Assembly (NCBI GenBank): GCA_028023455.1
Contig: JAQFVV010000004.1
Coordinates: 14,384,001-14,448,000 of the forward strand
Direction of reading: 5' to 3'
DNA from: Epiperipatus broadwayi
Taxonomy: Eukaryota > Animalia > Onychophora
Length of the DNA: 64,000 bases
A program made the translations under genes and the position numbers. Positions within the stretch are counted from its first letter, which is position 1; the number at the start of each line of letters is the position of its first letter. The notes under the pieces are model-generated. The model was not told where the DNA came from and searched no databases. It worked only from the letters and a program-made list of their open reading frames with translations. This document shows positions 63,611 through 64,000 of this stretch, piece after piece.

Positions 63611-63650
63611 CCCCTGATGAAGAATATTAGTCAGTCAAAACTAACCAAAT
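63611..63650 (+). other. Degenerate PLE-type hammerhead-like motif
   Basis: CCCCTGATGAA GAAT-ATTAGTC-AGTC AAAA CTAACC needs 3-4 reversions to restore GACT/AGTC, GAAA and GTC. Confidence 0.3.
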
Positions 63651-64000
63651 ATTTGTATAATAAATAGTATTATTAAAAATGTGATAACTCATTAGTTATT
63701 TTTGATAATGCAAACACGGTGTCTTAATTAAAAGTTTGAAAAAAAAGGTCAGTAGTAGTAATAACTTGTGTTTAAAAAATTAATAAAACAAAAGTATTAT
63801 TTTATTTGTCTTGTTTCTTGAGTAACAAAATATAGATAGAGGAGAATTTGGAAATCTTTTGAATACATAATGTGATATTAAAAGCAAGTTTGATTTGATA
63901 TTTATTTTTCCTGTATTTGTAGCTTTTATATATTTAATGCCTAATATAATTTAACTCAATAATTCAAGTGATTTTTATTTATTGTCTTTCAAAAAGGCTA

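Overview
This is very AT-rich eukaryotic DNA (roughly 20-25% GC by eye; metazoan, probably arthropod, host not identifiable). I found no host exon I can support, so it reads as a long intron or intergenic interval full of transposon remains. The best-supported element is a 4,356-bp Ty3/gypsy-type LTR retroelement on the minus strand (6008-10363). It has two ~1.47-kb LTRs, an ATAT target-site duplication (TSD), a primer-binding site (PBS) and polypurine tract (PPT), and gag as its only ORF (no pol). Penelope-like elements (PLEs) are unusually prominent. There are two GIY-YIG endonuclease remnants. There are also four short insertions from three unrelated sequence families that share one architecture (inverted arms, a one-sided tail, a 10-16 bp TSD), and several carry minimal hammerhead-ribozyme cores. 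Seven copies of a ~93-nt tRNA-Gly-derived SINE are present, including one near-parental copy. Other remnants include two RTE LINE fragments, a mariner interrupted by a hAT MITE, probable piggyBac, hAT and RLE-type LINE fragments, MITE-like palindromes and microsatellites. All calls come from manual reading and translation; no database searches were run.
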